Counted from the first letter of the stretch, positions 49,350-59,197 are shown. The stretch is DNA of 64,000 nt from Chitinophagales bacterium (GCA_017303415.1 JAFLBJ010000002.1:1-64000); one strand, 5' to 3'. The notes: generated from the sequence alone by a model not told the origin. Program-made: numbers and translations.

Positions 49350-50723
49350 ATGAACACCGAACAACCCATTATCGTCGGACTTGACATTGGCACTACCAAG
49401 ATCGCTGTCATTGCCGGGAGAAAGAACGAGTTTGGCAAACTCGAGATCCTTGGCTTTGGCCGGGCGAACAGCAATGGTGTAAAACACGGACAGGTCCTGA
49501 ACATTGATGAAACCATCAAAGCCATTCGTTCAGCACTTGAGAACTGCATGGCCTCCAACCCCGATCTCGACATCAATGAAGTGTATGTCGGCATCGCCGG
49601 TCATCACATCAAAAGTTTGCAAACACGGGGTGACATCGTTCGTCAAACCACCGAAGAGGAAATCACCCAACGGGAGATCGATCAACTGGTGGCTGACCAG
49701 TACAAGACCTATATCCCGGCAGGTGACCAGATCATTGATGTGATCCCGCAGGAATTTACCGTGGACAATTTCCAGAATATCCCCAACCCCATTGGATATG
49801 GCGGTGTAAAAGTGGGAGCCAATTTCCACATCATCACCGGTGATAAGAATGCCATCCGGAATATCAACCGGAGCGTGGAGAAATCAGACCTGATCACCAA
49901 AGACCTTGTGTTACAGCCTCTGGCCTCTGCTGCCGCGGTCATGGGACAGGAAGATATGGAAGCCGGTGTGGCCATTGTGGACATAGGTGGTGGTACCACC
50001 GATCTGGCTGTATTCTACGAGGGTATCCTGAAACATACTGCCGTCATTCCTTTTGCCGGTGAAAATATCACCAATGATATCAAAACCGGTTTGGGTGTAC
50101 TCAAAACCCAGGCCGAGCAAATGAAAGTACAATTTGGTTCCGCTCTGGCCAATGAAGCCAAGGCCAATGCCTATATCACCATTCCTGGTTTGCGTGGTAT
50201 GCCCGCCAAGGAGATCAGTGTAAAGAACCTGGCCAATATCATCCAGGCCCGTATGAGTGAGATCATGGATTTTGTGACCTATCACCTCAAACAGGTTGGA
50301 TTGGACAACAAGGCCCTGAATGGCGGTGTCATCCTCACTGGTGGGGGCTCTCAATTGAAACACCTGATCCAGTTGACCGAATATGTGACCGGTCTCAATG
50401 CCCGTATCGGTTTCCCCAATGAACACCTGGCATCCGGGCATATTGAAGACCTGGCTAAACCAACCTACTCAACCTGTATCGGTCTTATCCTGAAAGGATA
50501 TGATGACTATGAGCATAACCGCAAGGACTTTGAAAAGGATTTCAAGAAAGTGGAAGTACCCGAAGGATTGAAGAAAGCCCTCCAGGCCGAAGAAGAAGTA
50601 TTGGTCGAAGAGGAAGTGAACGCCGAGAAAATGCGCAGCCGTCGTGGATTGAGCAATTTCTGGGGTATGTTCAAAGACCGGATTATTGATTTGTTCAAAG
50701 AAGAGGAAGATTCACATTTATAG
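49350..50723 (+). CDS. ftsA: Cell-division protein FtsA
   Basis: Actin-like ATPase motifs VGLDIGTTKIAV and DIGGGTTD. C-terminal amphipathic tail. Confidence 0.9.
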   Translation: MNTEQPIIVGLDIGTTKIAVIAGRKNEFGKLEILGFGRANSNGVKHGQVLNIDETIKAIRSALENCMASNPDLDINEVYVGIAGHHIKSLQTRGDIVRQTTEEEITQREIDQLVADQYKTYIPAGDQIIDVIPQEFTVDNFQNIPNPIGYGGVKVGANFHIITGDKNAIRNINRSVEKSDLITKDLVLQPLASAAAVMGQEDMEAGVAIVDIGGGTTDLAVFYEGILKHTAVIPFAGENITNDIKTGLGVLKTQAEQMKVQFGSALANEAKANAYITIPGLRGMPAKEISVKNLANIIQARMSEIMDFVTYHLKQVGLDNKALNGGVILTGGGSQLKHLIQLTEYVTGLNARIGFPNEHLASGHIEDLAKPTYSTCIGLILKGYDDYEHNRKDFEKDFKKVEVPEGLKKALQAEEEVLVEEEVNAEKMRSRRGLSNFWGMFKDRIIDLFKEEEDSHL

Positions 50724-50724
50724 A

Positions 50725-50806
50725 AGGTCCGAAGTCGAGAGTCCGAAGACAGAGGTCCGAAGAATTGACCTCGGACCCCGGACTTCCGACCTTGGACCCC
50801 GGACCT
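50725..50806. repeat. Octamer-tandem inverted repeat, family F3 (GTCCGAAG x3 followed by reverse-complement units), lying between ftsA and ftsZ
   Basis: 'ggtccgaagtcgagagtccgaagacagaggtccgaag aattg acctcggaccccggacttccgaccttggaccccggacc'. Confidence 0.7.
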
Positions 50807-50838
50807 AAAAAAAATAGTTAATTCAAAATCAACAATAA

Positions 50839-52761
50839 ATGATTCATTTCGATCTCCCCAAAGAGCAATCCTCCATCATCAAAGTGATCGGTGTAGGCGG
50901 CGGTGGAAGCAATGCAGTCAATCACATGCATAACCAGTGTATTGATGGGGTAAATTTTATCATTTGTAATACCGATGCGCAAGCTATTGCCAGCAGTACA
51001 GTGCCCAATAAAGTGCAATTAGGGCCGCATTTGACACAGGGTCTCGGGGCCGGTGCCAATCCGGAGATCGGTCGCCAGGCTACTGAAGAATCGCTGGAAG
51101 AGATCAAGCGCATCCTCGAAGTAAATACCAAGATGGCCTTTATCACTGCCGGTATGGGTGGTGGTACCGGAACCGGTGGCGCTCCGATCATTTCCAAGAT
51201 CTGTAAAGACCTGGGCATTTTGACCGTGGGTATTGTGACCACGCCCTTTGCATATGAAGGAAAGAAAAGACAGCAACAGGCAGAAGAAGGGATCCGGATG
51301 CTGAAACAATATGTGGATACCCTGCTGGTGATCAGCAACGATAAACTGCGTCACCAGTTTGGCAACCTGAAAATGCGCGAGGCCTTTGCCAAAGCGGATA
51401 ACGTACTCGCAACCGCGGCAAAATGTATTACCGATGTGATCACCACCACCGGCCAGATCAATGTGGACTTTGCCGATGTTTGCACTGTTATGAAAAACGG
51501 CGGTGTAGCCATCCTTGGAAGTGCCATGGCAGAAGGGGAGAACCGTGCCCAGCATGCCATCGAGGAAGCCCTGAATTCGCCACTCCTGAATGACAATGAT
51601 ATCCGTGGTGCCAAATGGATCCTGATCAATATCAACAGTGCCGAGGGTGAACACGAGTTTACCATGGATGAGGTAGAGATCATTCAAAACTACCTCCTGA
51701 GTCAGGCGGGTGAAGGAACCGATGTTATCTTGGGTATGGGATATGACAGCAGTCTTGGCAGCCATATCGGCATCACCCTGATCGCCACCGGATTTGAGCA
51801 TAAAGATCCATTTGACCGGAAGGAAGTGAAGAAAGAAGAAAAGAAGGAAGAGAAGATCGTAATGGTCCTTGGTCAACCCAAAGAAGAAAAGAAACTGGAG
51901 GAAACACCGGTTGTAAAAATGGAAACACGTAAGGAAGATCCATTGGCTCCTAAACTGGTCGTTGAAGATAAACCCGTGCCTGTGACCAGTATTGACTGGA
52001 CCGATGATGTGGTTCGTATTGAAGAAACCACACCCGAAGTGATCCTTGACGAACGTGCGCCGGTCGTCTATTGGGAATTGAATGAGGAGAAAAAAGAGGA
52101 TAGTAATATTACGAGGGAAACTACTGTTGAAAAGTATGTGCTTGCTTCTGCTGATGAGCATTTAAATTCGGCCTCCCGATCCGCATCCTCTGCAAATCCC
52201 CAACAACAAGCATCATCCACTAATCAGGATAAAATAAGTACTACACCCACTCCAACGTCTGCAGCGGCGGGTGGGTATCTGGCCAGACCCTCCAATATTT
52301 ATGCAGAGTCCAGGACAGAGGTCTTTACCTCAAAACCTTCTGCAGAAGAACCGGTTTCGCCTTTGCCAGCTGACAAAAAGGACGAGGAAGAAATCCTTGA
52401 CCTTCAACTGGTAGAGCGGGATGACATTCCTGCGGCGGATATACCGTTAGCCCATCAGACTCAACCACCTTTGAGTCATGCGGTTGAGGATCCTGTTTTA
52501 CAGGACGAAGCCGATGAACAAAAACGTAGGGCGGCAGAGCGGTTGCTCAAATTGCGCAACCTCTCGTACAACGTGAACAATGCCGATCCAAATAACGAGT
52601 TTGAAACCGTGCCGGCTTATATCCGCCGCAATATGGAATTGTACCAAAACAGCAATTCCGTCGAAAATTTCTACTCCAACTACGAGGTCAAAACCGACGA
52701 CAACAACAATTCCCGCATCAGTACGATCAATACCTTTTTGGACGGCAAAAAGCCGGACTAA
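50839..52761 (+). CDS. ftsZ: Cell-division GTPase FtsZ with an unusually long C-terminal linker and tail
   Basis: GVGGGGSNAV and tubulin signature GGGTGTG. 640 aa. The roughly 300 aa C-terminal region is rich in E, K, P and T. Confidence 0.9.
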   Translation: MIHFDLPKEQSSIIKVIGVGGGGSNAVNHMHNQCIDGVNFIICNTDAQAIASSTVPNKVQLGPHLTQGLGAGANPEIGRQATEESLEEIKRILEVNTKMAFITAGMGGGTGTGGAPIISKICKDLGILTVGIVTTPFAYEGKKRQQQAEEGIRMLKQYVDTLLVISNDKLRHQFGNLKMREAFAKADNVLATAAKCITDVITTTGQINVDFADVCTVMKNGGVAILGSAMAEGENRAQHAIEEALNSPLLNDNDIRGAKWILININSAEGEHEFTMDEVEIIQNYLLSQAGEGTDVILGMGYDSSLGSHIGITLIATGFEHKDPFDRKEVKKEEKKEEKIVMVLGQPKEEKKLEETPVVKMETRKEDPLAPKLVVEDKPVPVTSIDWTDDVVRIEETTPEVILDERAPVVYWELNEEKKEDSNITRETTVEKYVLASADEHLNSASRSASSANPQQQASSTNQDKISTTPTPTSAAAGGYLARPSNIYAESRTEVFTSKPSAEEPVSPLPADKKDEEEILDLQLVERDDIPAADIPLAHQTQPPLSHAVEDPVLQDEADEQKRRAAERLLKLRNLSYNVNNADPNNEFETVPAYIRRNMELYQNSNSVENFYSNYEVKTDDNNNSRISTINTFLDGKKPD

Positions 52762-52811
52762 CCTTTATTCGTTCCAATGAAACCGCCTCAAAGGCTGTGT
52801 TTTTAGTTGTT

Positions 52812-52842
52812 CCCCCTGGCATTTTTGCCGGGGGTTTCTTTT
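52812..52842 (+). terminator. Rho-independent terminator after ftsZ
   Basis: 'ccccctggcatttttgccggggg' followed by TTTCTTTT. Confidence 0.7.
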
Positions 52843-52986
52843 ACCAACCTACCGTCGCGATGCGACGGCGGGTAATCTTCCAAAATTTGTACAACCGCTG
52901 CGTCCGCTGCTTTTGCTTGCGTTCGCCGCGAGAAATAACCATAAATCCAAACAAATAGTTGAAACTTTGGTTATTGACAGTAGAAA

Positions 52987-53910
52987 ATGAAACAGCGAAT
53001 TCTCATTACAGGAGGAACCGGCATGGTGGGGAAGGCCCTGACTCAGGCCTTGCTGTCAAAAGGGTATGCTGTTACTATTTTGACCAGGGAAAAGAAAATC
53101 TTTGATCCCAGCCAGAATCCCGCTTTTGCCCATTGGGATTTGATCCGGAACTATGTTGATCTGCATGCCATCCAATCTGCCGATCACATCATACACCTGG
53201 CTGGTGCGGGCGTTGCTGATAAAAGATGGACAAAGGAAAGAAAGCAGGAGATACGCGATAGCCGGGTTCAATCCGGTGAATTGCTGGTAAAATCTTTGCA
53301 AACCATTCCCAATAAGGTTCTGTCGGTAGTAACTGCCTCTGCCATTGGATGGTATGGTCCCGACCCCAGACCAGGTTTTTCAGGTTTCATTGAATCAGAC
53401 CCCCCGGATGACAGTTTCCTGGGCAATACCTGTAAAGAATGGGAGGCGGCTACTGAACCTGTCAGTCATGTAGGGAAGCGACTGGTCAAGATCCGTATTG
53501 GTATTGTTCTGGCAAAAGAGGGGGGCGCCTATCCTGAATTTGCCCGTTCTTTTCGGTTTGGAGTAAAAGCCATACTTGGTTCTGGCAGGCAGACCATTAG
53601 TTGGATCCATATCAACGACCTGGTCAATATTTTTATCCGGGCCATTGAAGATGAAACGATGTCAGGACCTTATAATGCTGTCGCCCCAAATCCTGTTTCA
53701 AACCGGGATATGATCCAATCCATTGCCCACAAAAAAGGCGGGCTATATATTCCTGTTAGGGTGCCATCATTTTTACTGAAAATTATATTGGGGGAAATGA
53801 GTGTGGAAGTTTTGAAGAGTACAACTGTGAAACCAGAGCGTTTGGGTGAGATTGGTTTTTCATTTAACTATTCCAGGATAGAGGAGGCAATGGCCGATCT
53901 TGTAATCTAA
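52987..53910 (+). CDS. TIGR01777-family NAD-dependent epimerase-like protein (YfcH-like, C-terminal DUF1731)
   Basis: ILITGGTGMVGKAL Rossmann motif. 307 aa. YfcH-type architecture. Confidence 0.7.
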   Translation: MKQRILITGGTGMVGKALTQALLSKGYAVTILTREKKIFDPSQNPAFAHWDLIRNYVDLHAIQSADHIIHLAGAGVADKRWTKERKQEIRDSRVQSGELLVKSLQTIPNKVLSVVTASAIGWYGPDPRPGFSGFIESDPPDDSFLGNTCKEWEAATEPVSHVGKRLVKIRIGIVLAKEGGAYPEFARSFRFGVKAILGSGRQTISWIHINDLVNIFIRAIEDETMSGPYNAVAPNPVSNRDMIQSIAHKKGGLYIPVRVPSFLLKIILGEMSVEVLKSTTVKPERLGEIGFSFNYSRIEEAMADLVI

Positions 53911-53982
53911 ATTTTGTTGAGTTCTGTGTCCCGAAGATTTGGGACTGCAAGAAAAATAATGTGCACGGAATTACAGGAATCA

Positions 53983-54630
53983 TTACTTATGTGCCCAATG
54001 AAACACATTCGTAAACTCCCCCAATATCCCCACTCCATTTTTAAACCGTAGCTTTTCTAATCGCAGCGCTGCAATATCCGATGACCGTACCCTTCGGTGG
54101 ATCGGATGCATGGTGCCCCCTTTTTCTCCTGCGGGTTTATCAGGCTCATATTGAAATTGCGGATCCACCAGTGTACCACGGGGATACATGATGCCTGGTG
54201 TTCCCATTCCTCGTATGTCCAGGTCATCCGGGTGCTCCAACCCGATTGTGTGTCCATATTCATGTGCCGCTGTGGTTGAGCCTCTGTACAGGTTATCTTT
54301 TTTGAAATAACCTGTATTGCATCCAATGCTATCAACAAAGGAAATATGAAGGGAGGAGTATTCTTCGATGCGAAAGAAATTATTGCGGGGATCCAGGTTT
54401 TGGAGCACCTCCATTTCTTCAAGTCCTGGTTTGAATTCGGCCGTGATCAGAAACCGGACTTCATAATATTTTCCTGCTAAACGGACATGCGACTGAGGTT
54501 CATTCCAGAGGTCTTCGATCTCTTCGCGGATATAATCAGTAGTTTCCGGGTCAGCGGCATTTCCATAGGTGACAATATGCGACCGGATAAGGAGTTGCGC
54601 GTTACTATTAATAATTTCTACAGTACCCAT
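53983..54630 (-). CDS. Small metzincin-like zinc metallopeptidase (HExxHxxGxxH) with no signal peptide
   Basis: HEYGHTIGLEH motif. 215 aa. No N-terminal hydrophobic segment. Confidence 0.5.
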   Translation of the reverse strand: MGTVEIINSNAQLLIRSHIVTYGNAADPETTDYIREEIEDLWNEPQSHVRLAGKYYEVRFLITAEFKPGLEEMEVLQNLDPRNNFFRIEEYSSLHISFVDSIGCNTGYFKKDNLYRGSTTAAHEYGHTIGLEHPDDLDIRGMGTPGIMYPRGTLVDPQFQYEPDKPAGEKGGTMHPIHRRVRSSDIAALRLEKLRFKNGVGILGEFTNVFHWAHK

Positions 54631-54669
54631 TATCGTATTCTCCGGGTAACGCTGCGTTACCCAGCGTTT

Positions 54670-57048
54670 TTAATTGCGGATAGGTTTTCCGCTTTTGAGC
54701 ACACTTTGAATGCGCTCCAGGGTTTTCTTTTCTCCGCACAAGGATAGAAAAGCTTCCCTCTCCAGGTCGAGTAAATATTGTTCAGAGACCGTGCTTGCTT
54801 CACTCAGATCGCCTCCACACATCACAAAGGCTAATTTTTTAGCCACTACTACATCATGATCGGTGGCATAGTTACCCCGCCACATGCCATTTATCCCTGC
54901 ATACAGGGCGCCAAGGGCAGAGCGTCCCAACACTTTTATATCCTTTCGTTGCACAGGGGCTACATATCCGCTACCGGCTATTTCCAATACCGATTTTTTG
55001 GCTTCCGCCACACGACGTCCCTGGTTGAGTACGATCTCATCAAGTCCTTTACGATAGATGCCCAGGTCAAATGCTTCATGCGCGGAAGTGGCCACTTTTG
55101 CCGTAGCTATTGAAAGAAACCTGTTTTTTAACGTGATCGTCTCCGGTTCGTCTTTATGCATTTCATCAGAAGCACGCAATACAAACTCTTTGGTTCCGCC
55201 ACCACCGGGAATCAATCCCACACCCAATTCCACCAACCCCGTATAGGTTTCTGCGGCCGGACAACATTTATCCGCGTGCAGGTTTAGTTCGCATCCGCCT
55301 CCCAATGTCAATCCATGAGGAGCTGTTACTACAGGAATCCCTGAATAGCGTACCCGCATCATGGTTTGTTGAAACATACGAATGGCAAGATCAAGTTCAT
55401 CATATTCCTGGTCAATGGCCAGCATAAAGATCATACCCACATTGGCGCCGGCACTGAAATTAGGTCCTTCATTAGCGATCACCAGGCCTTTGAAATCCTT
55501 CTCTGCCTTTTCAATTCCCATCTGGATACCACTCAACACATCCCCACCGATACTACCCATTTTGGTATTCCACTGCAAGCCGAGCACATCATCTCCCAGG
55601 TCATAGAGTTTGCAGCTTCCGTTTTTCCATACCAGTTTATCGGCCCGGTTGCTCATCACCATAAAGGCATCACCACCAGGCAATGGTTTATAGGATTTGG
55701 AGGCGGGGTCGTAAGCCAATTTTTGTCCCTTTTCCACTTTATAAAACTGGGTATGTCCGGCAGCGAGCATATCCGTCACCCAGGCGGCAACGGTAAACCC
55801 GGCTTTGTTCATGGCTTCTATTGTACGGGCTACGCCCAGCGTATCCCAGCTTTCAAAGGCACCTATTTCCCAACCAAAACCTGCCATCATCGCGTCGTCA
55901 ACACGGTACAGTTCGTCACTGATCTCCGGAATGCGGTGGGAGATATAGGAAAAAAGATGATAATGGAACTGGCGGTAAAATTCACCCGCTTTGTCAGTGC
56001 CGGCTACCAGCATTTTCAAACGTTGGTGAAGGTCATCCACCGGTTTGGCCGTTTCAAGCGTGGCAAATTTTGATTTGACCCGTGGGGCATATTCAAAAGT
56101 GCTCAGGTTCAGGGTTTGAATATCACTCTTGCCATCGGGCGTTTTTACTTTTTTAAAAAATCCCTGTCCTGATTTATCTCCCAACCATTTATTCTCGACT
56201 AATTTATCCAGCCAGGACGGTATGGTAAAAATGGCGCGTGCTTCATCTTGCGGGCAATTCTCTGCTACCCCCTTGGCTACTTTCACCAGCGTATCAATTC
56301 CCACCACATCCGCTGTGCGGAAAGTGGCTGATTTTGGACGACCAATAATAGGACCGGTAAGGGCATCCACCTCATCCACCGTCAACCCCAATTGCTCCAT
56401 GACCTTCATAATGGCCATCATCCCAAATACCCCAATCCGGTTGGCGATAAAAGCAGGCGTGTCCTTGCACAATACCGTTGTTTTTCCCAGAAAAAGGTCT
56501 CCATAATGCATCAGAAATTCCACAATGGATGGATCTGTATGCGGGGTAGGGATGATCTCCAGCAGGCGCAGGTACCTCGGTGGATTGAAGAAGTGAGTGC
56601 CACAAAAGTGTTTTTTAAAATCCTCTGTTCTACCCTCCGTCATCATATGAATGGGGATACCCGAAGTATTGGAGGTTATAAGGGTGCCGGGTTTCCGGTA
56701 TTTTTCTACCTGTTCAAATACCTGTTGTTTGATGTCCAGTCGCTCTACCACTACCTCTATGATCCAGTCACAGGCACCGATCTCTTTCATGTTGTCATCA
56801 AAATTGCCGGTACTGATCTTCTTTACCACCTCCTTGTGATAGACAGGAGAGGGGTTGGATTTTATAGCGGCCGTCAGTGAGTCGTTCACGATCTTATTCC
56901 GGGCCTTGGCGTCCTTGCTTTCCCTGGCCTCAGCAGGAACAATATCCAATAATAATACCTGTACGCCGATCCCGGCAAAATGACAAGCGATACGGCTACC
57001 CATGACACCACTGCCTAAAACGGCAACCTTCTTAATGATCCGGTTCAT
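54670..57048 (-). CDS. Bifunctional 3-hydroxyacyl-CoA dehydrogenase / enoyl-CoA hydratase (N-terminal HCDH and C-terminal crotonase)
   Basis: N-terminal NAD-binding VAVLGSGVMGSRIA. Two HCDH C-terminal domains. C-terminal ECH fold (GGGCELNLHAD). 792 aa. Confidence 0.85.
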   Translation of the reverse strand: MNRIIKKVAVLGSGVMGSRIACHFAGIGVQVLLLDIVPAEARESKDAKARNKIVNDSLTAAIKSNPSPVYHKEVVKKISTGNFDDNMKEIGACDWIIEVVVERLDIKQQVFEQVEKYRKPGTLITSNTSGIPIHMMTEGRTEDFKKHFCGTHFFNPPRYLRLLEIIPTPHTDPSIVEFLMHYGDLFLGKTTVLCKDTPAFIANRIGVFGMMAIMKVMEQLGLTVDEVDALTGPIIGRPKSATFRTADVVGIDTLVKVAKGVAENCPQDEARAIFTIPSWLDKLVENKWLGDKSGQGFFKKVKTPDGKSDIQTLNLSTFEYAPRVKSKFATLETAKPVDDLHQRLKMLVAGTDKAGEFYRQFHYHLFSYISHRIPEISDELYRVDDAMMAGFGWEIGAFESWDTLGVARTIEAMNKAGFTVAAWVTDMLAAGHTQFYKVEKGQKLAYDPASKSYKPLPGGDAFMVMSNRADKLVWKNGSCKLYDLGDDVLGLQWNTKMGSIGGDVLSGIQMGIEKAEKDFKGLVIANEGPNFSAGANVGMIFMLAIDQEYDELDLAIRMFQQTMMRVRYSGIPVVTAPHGLTLGGGCELNLHADKCCPAAETYTGLVELGVGLIPGGGGTKEFVLRASDEMHKDEPETITLKNRFLSIATAKVATSAHEAFDLGIYRKGLDEIVLNQGRRVAEAKKSVLEIAGSGYVAPVQRKDIKVLGRSALGALYAGINGMWRGNYATDHDVVVAKKLAFVMCGGDLSEASTVSEQYLLDLEREAFLSLCGEKKTLERIQSVLKSGKPIRN

Positions 57049-57141
57049 ATATAATTATTTTCGAAATAAAAATAGTTAGTTATGCAACTATTTACTTCGA
57101 AGATAGAGAAAATTGGGAATATATATTCTTTGAATTACGAC

Positions 57142-57203
57142 AGAGGCACAGCGACGTGGAGAAATGACTTTTTCTCCACGTCGCTGTGCCTCTGTGTTTT
57201 TAG
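57142..57203. terminator. A long, perfect 23 bp hairpin with a T-run, possibly a terminator or attenuator, located between the DUF5777-like gene and the fadB-like gene
   Basis: 'agaggcacagcgacgtggagaaa tgactt tttctccacgtcgctgtgcctct' followed by gtgttttta. Confidence 0.6.
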
Positions 57204-57210
57204 TTGCAGC

Positions 57211-58110
57211 CTATTTGTTCTTCTTTTCCTTCTTATTAATCTGAAAGGCCCGCATAATATTAAATCCGAATTGTATTTCTCCTTTACCCCACTGCCCGGT
57301 TGTTTCCGTAAGGAAGGACCGTTCATTCATACCCAGGGCATTGCTAAAGTGCAGTTGAAATACGTGTCCACCTGTTTCAATATCAAATCCGATAGACAGG
57401 GGGTCACGGGTGCCATCAGCCTCATTGGGGTTTACGCGGTATAGGTAATCGGCGGTTAGAGAAATGCGGTTACTAAGCCGTATTCGGCCACCTACCCCTA
57501 CCGCTATCAGGTCACTGGGATCGGCAAAATCCGGGACCAGGTTTCTATGAAGAACCGTAGGCGTTACTTGCAGCGTGATCGCTTCCGACAGTTTGCTGCC
57601 AATGATGATCTGCCCATAGTAGGCCATTCGGGAGGTAAAGAAGTTTTTGCGGGTGGTATCCGCCCATTTCAATGAATTGAGCGTACCGCCTGCTACGACT
57701 ACTACAGAAAAGGGGAGACCTCCATTTTTGGATTGATGGACAAGCCGGTATTTCAAAAAACCATCAAATTCTTTTTTGTTGGTACTCCGGCCAACGCCGA
57801 GCATGAAGTTTTTGGTGATCCCGAAATCCAGTCCCATACGCATCGTGGCATTATCAAGCCCAAACATTTCATAAGCCCCTTTGTCAATAGAACCAAAGCG
57901 GTGTAGGATCCGGAAATCCATTACCCCGGGCCGGATCAGTTCCATACTCTGGCTCATGATCACCCGCGAGGATTTAAACGCATAATCTACATGTTCCTTT
58001 TTGGGTTTATCGTCGCCCACCAGGCTTAGAAGATCTTCATCCTGGGCGTAGCTGGACAAAGACGAGAGGGTAAGCAGGATACCAAACAGTTGAAGGCGTA
58101 AGGAAGACAT
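57211..58110 (-). CDS. Secreted beta-barrel-like protein (DUF5777-like), last gene of the cytochrome/YceI operon
   Basis: Signal peptide MSSLRLQLFGILLTLSSLSSYAQ. 299 aa. Beta-strand alternation. Confidence 0.45.
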   Translation of the reverse strand: MSSLRLQLFGILLTLSSLSSYAQDEDLLSLVGDDKPKKEHVDYAFKSSRVIMSQSMELIRPGVMDFRILHRFGSIDKGAYEMFGLDNATMRMGLDFGITKNFMLGVGRSTNKKEFDGFLKYRLVHQSKNGGLPFSVVVVAGGTLNSLKWADTTRKNFFTSRMAYYGQIIIGSKLSEAITLQVTPTVLHRNLVPDFADPSDLIAVGVGGRIRLSNRISLTADYLYRVNPNEADGTRDPLSIGFDIETGGHVFQLHFSNALGMNERSFLTETTGQWGKGEIQFGFNIMRAFQINKKEKKNK

Positions 58111-58143
58111 ATGAATAGTTTATTCTTAGGAAGTAAAACGATA

Positions 58144-58701
58144 TTATTTCAATGGCTCAAGGGCACATTCCACTTTGATATTGACCGTATTGGATATCTT
58201 GTCACTTACCACAGAAGGAATACTTACTTTATAATCTGACAGCAATACCTGGAAGGTTGCGAGGATATTGACCTTGCCTCCTTTTACACTCACTTTGCCG
58301 CTGGTCTCTACATCCCTGGTTTCTCCATGCATGGTAAGTTTGCCTTTTACTTTGGCGGTGTATTCTCCATCCTTGGCATAATTGATATCGCTGTTGTTGG
58401 AAACCATGCCTTTGAACTCCGCTTTTGGGAACTTATGGCTTTCCACATAATTTTCATTGAAGTGTTCCTGCATCAACGCTCTTTTAAATTCAAAACCTTT
58501 CATCTGAACCGCAAACTGCATATTGCCCGTTTTGCTATCTACTACACAGGTTGTACTGCTATTGGTGGCTTCGATCTTTTCGAGAGGTGATTTGGTACAT
58601 TCAAAAAATATGGTACCGGTCTTGGTAAAATATTTATCCTGCGCCAGCAGTTGGATCGTGCTAAAGGCTACAATGGCCAGGGTGAAAAGGATCTTTTTCA
58701 T
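58144..58701 (-). CDS. YceI-family periplasmic protein (polyisoprenoid-binding lipocalin-like barrel)
   Basis: Signal peptide. 185 aa. YceI-like pattern (TGTIFFECTKSPLEKIEAT...KVKGKLTMHGETRDV). Confidence 0.7.
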   Translation of the reverse strand: MKKILFTLAIVAFSTIQLLAQDKYFTKTGTIFFECTKSPLEKIEATNSSTTCVVDSKTGNMQFAVQMKGFEFKRALMQEHFNENYVESHKFPKAEFKGMVSNNSDINYAKDGEYTAKVKGKLTMHGETRDVETSGKVSVKGGKVNILATFQVLLSDYKVSIPSVVSDKISNTVNIKVECALEPLK

Positions 58702-58730
58702 GATTGTTGTTTTGTGGTTAAAAAAGTTGT

Positions 58731-59186
58731 CTAATTCATAATGAGTACACAGCGGGAAAGAAATACATCAGCACCCAGCAATTCGTCACTGTTAAAACCA
58801 GTAACAACACCTCTTACCCGGGCCGGGGTACCGGCACGCAGGTTTGCAAGGTCATTTACATGGGTCGAGTCAATAGCGCATTGAACGGAGGACATATCCT
58901 CCGCGGAGGCCTGGAGTACCAGGGTCATTTTGCCACGCTCATCTTTGTTGATGGATTTCACCGTTCCGGTGACATCAATGACATACTCTTCTTTTGGAAG
59001 GTATTTTTGATTGGCTGCGGTCTCGTTGCTGGTAAATTCCTGCACCAGTTTTTCTGCTTCAATGGTCAGCGCGGGTTTTACTTTCGTGAGGTCCTTGTTT
59101 CCTTTGGTGTACACTTTGTACCCGTAGAAGGCCCCGGCGGCAACAACCAGGCCGATGATCGTGAACAGAATGGTTCTTTTCTTCAT
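58731..59186 (-). CDS. tRNA_anti-like / OB-fold protein (membrane-anchored)
   Basis: N-terminal anchor. AEKLVQEFTSNETAANQKYLPKEEYVIDVTGTV, typical of the tRNA_anti-like OB family. 151 aa. Confidence 0.6.
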   Translation of the reverse strand: MKKRTILFTIIGLVVAAGAFYGYKVYTKGNKDLTKVKPALTIEAEKLVQEFTSNETAANQKYLPKEEYVIDVTGTVKSINKDERGKMTLVLQASAEDMSSVQCAIDSTHVNDLANLRAGTPARVRGVVTGFNSDELLGADVFLSRCVLIMN

Positions 59187-59197
59187 GGTGGTTCATT

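Noticed and set aside
51019-52161. 380-aa minus-strand ORF
   Set aside because: It is antisense to ftsZ, with no motifs.
52843-52986. Possible tRNA or other small RNA in the GC-rich palindromic stretch after ftsZ ('ccgtcgcgatgcgacgg', 'cgctgcgtccgctgc')
   Set aside because: No T-loop GTTCRANYC motif and no cloverleaf could be traced by eye. More likely these are promoter or terminator elements for the YfcH-like gene.
55366-56073. 235-aa plus-strand ORF
   Set aside because: It is antisense to the fadB-like gene.
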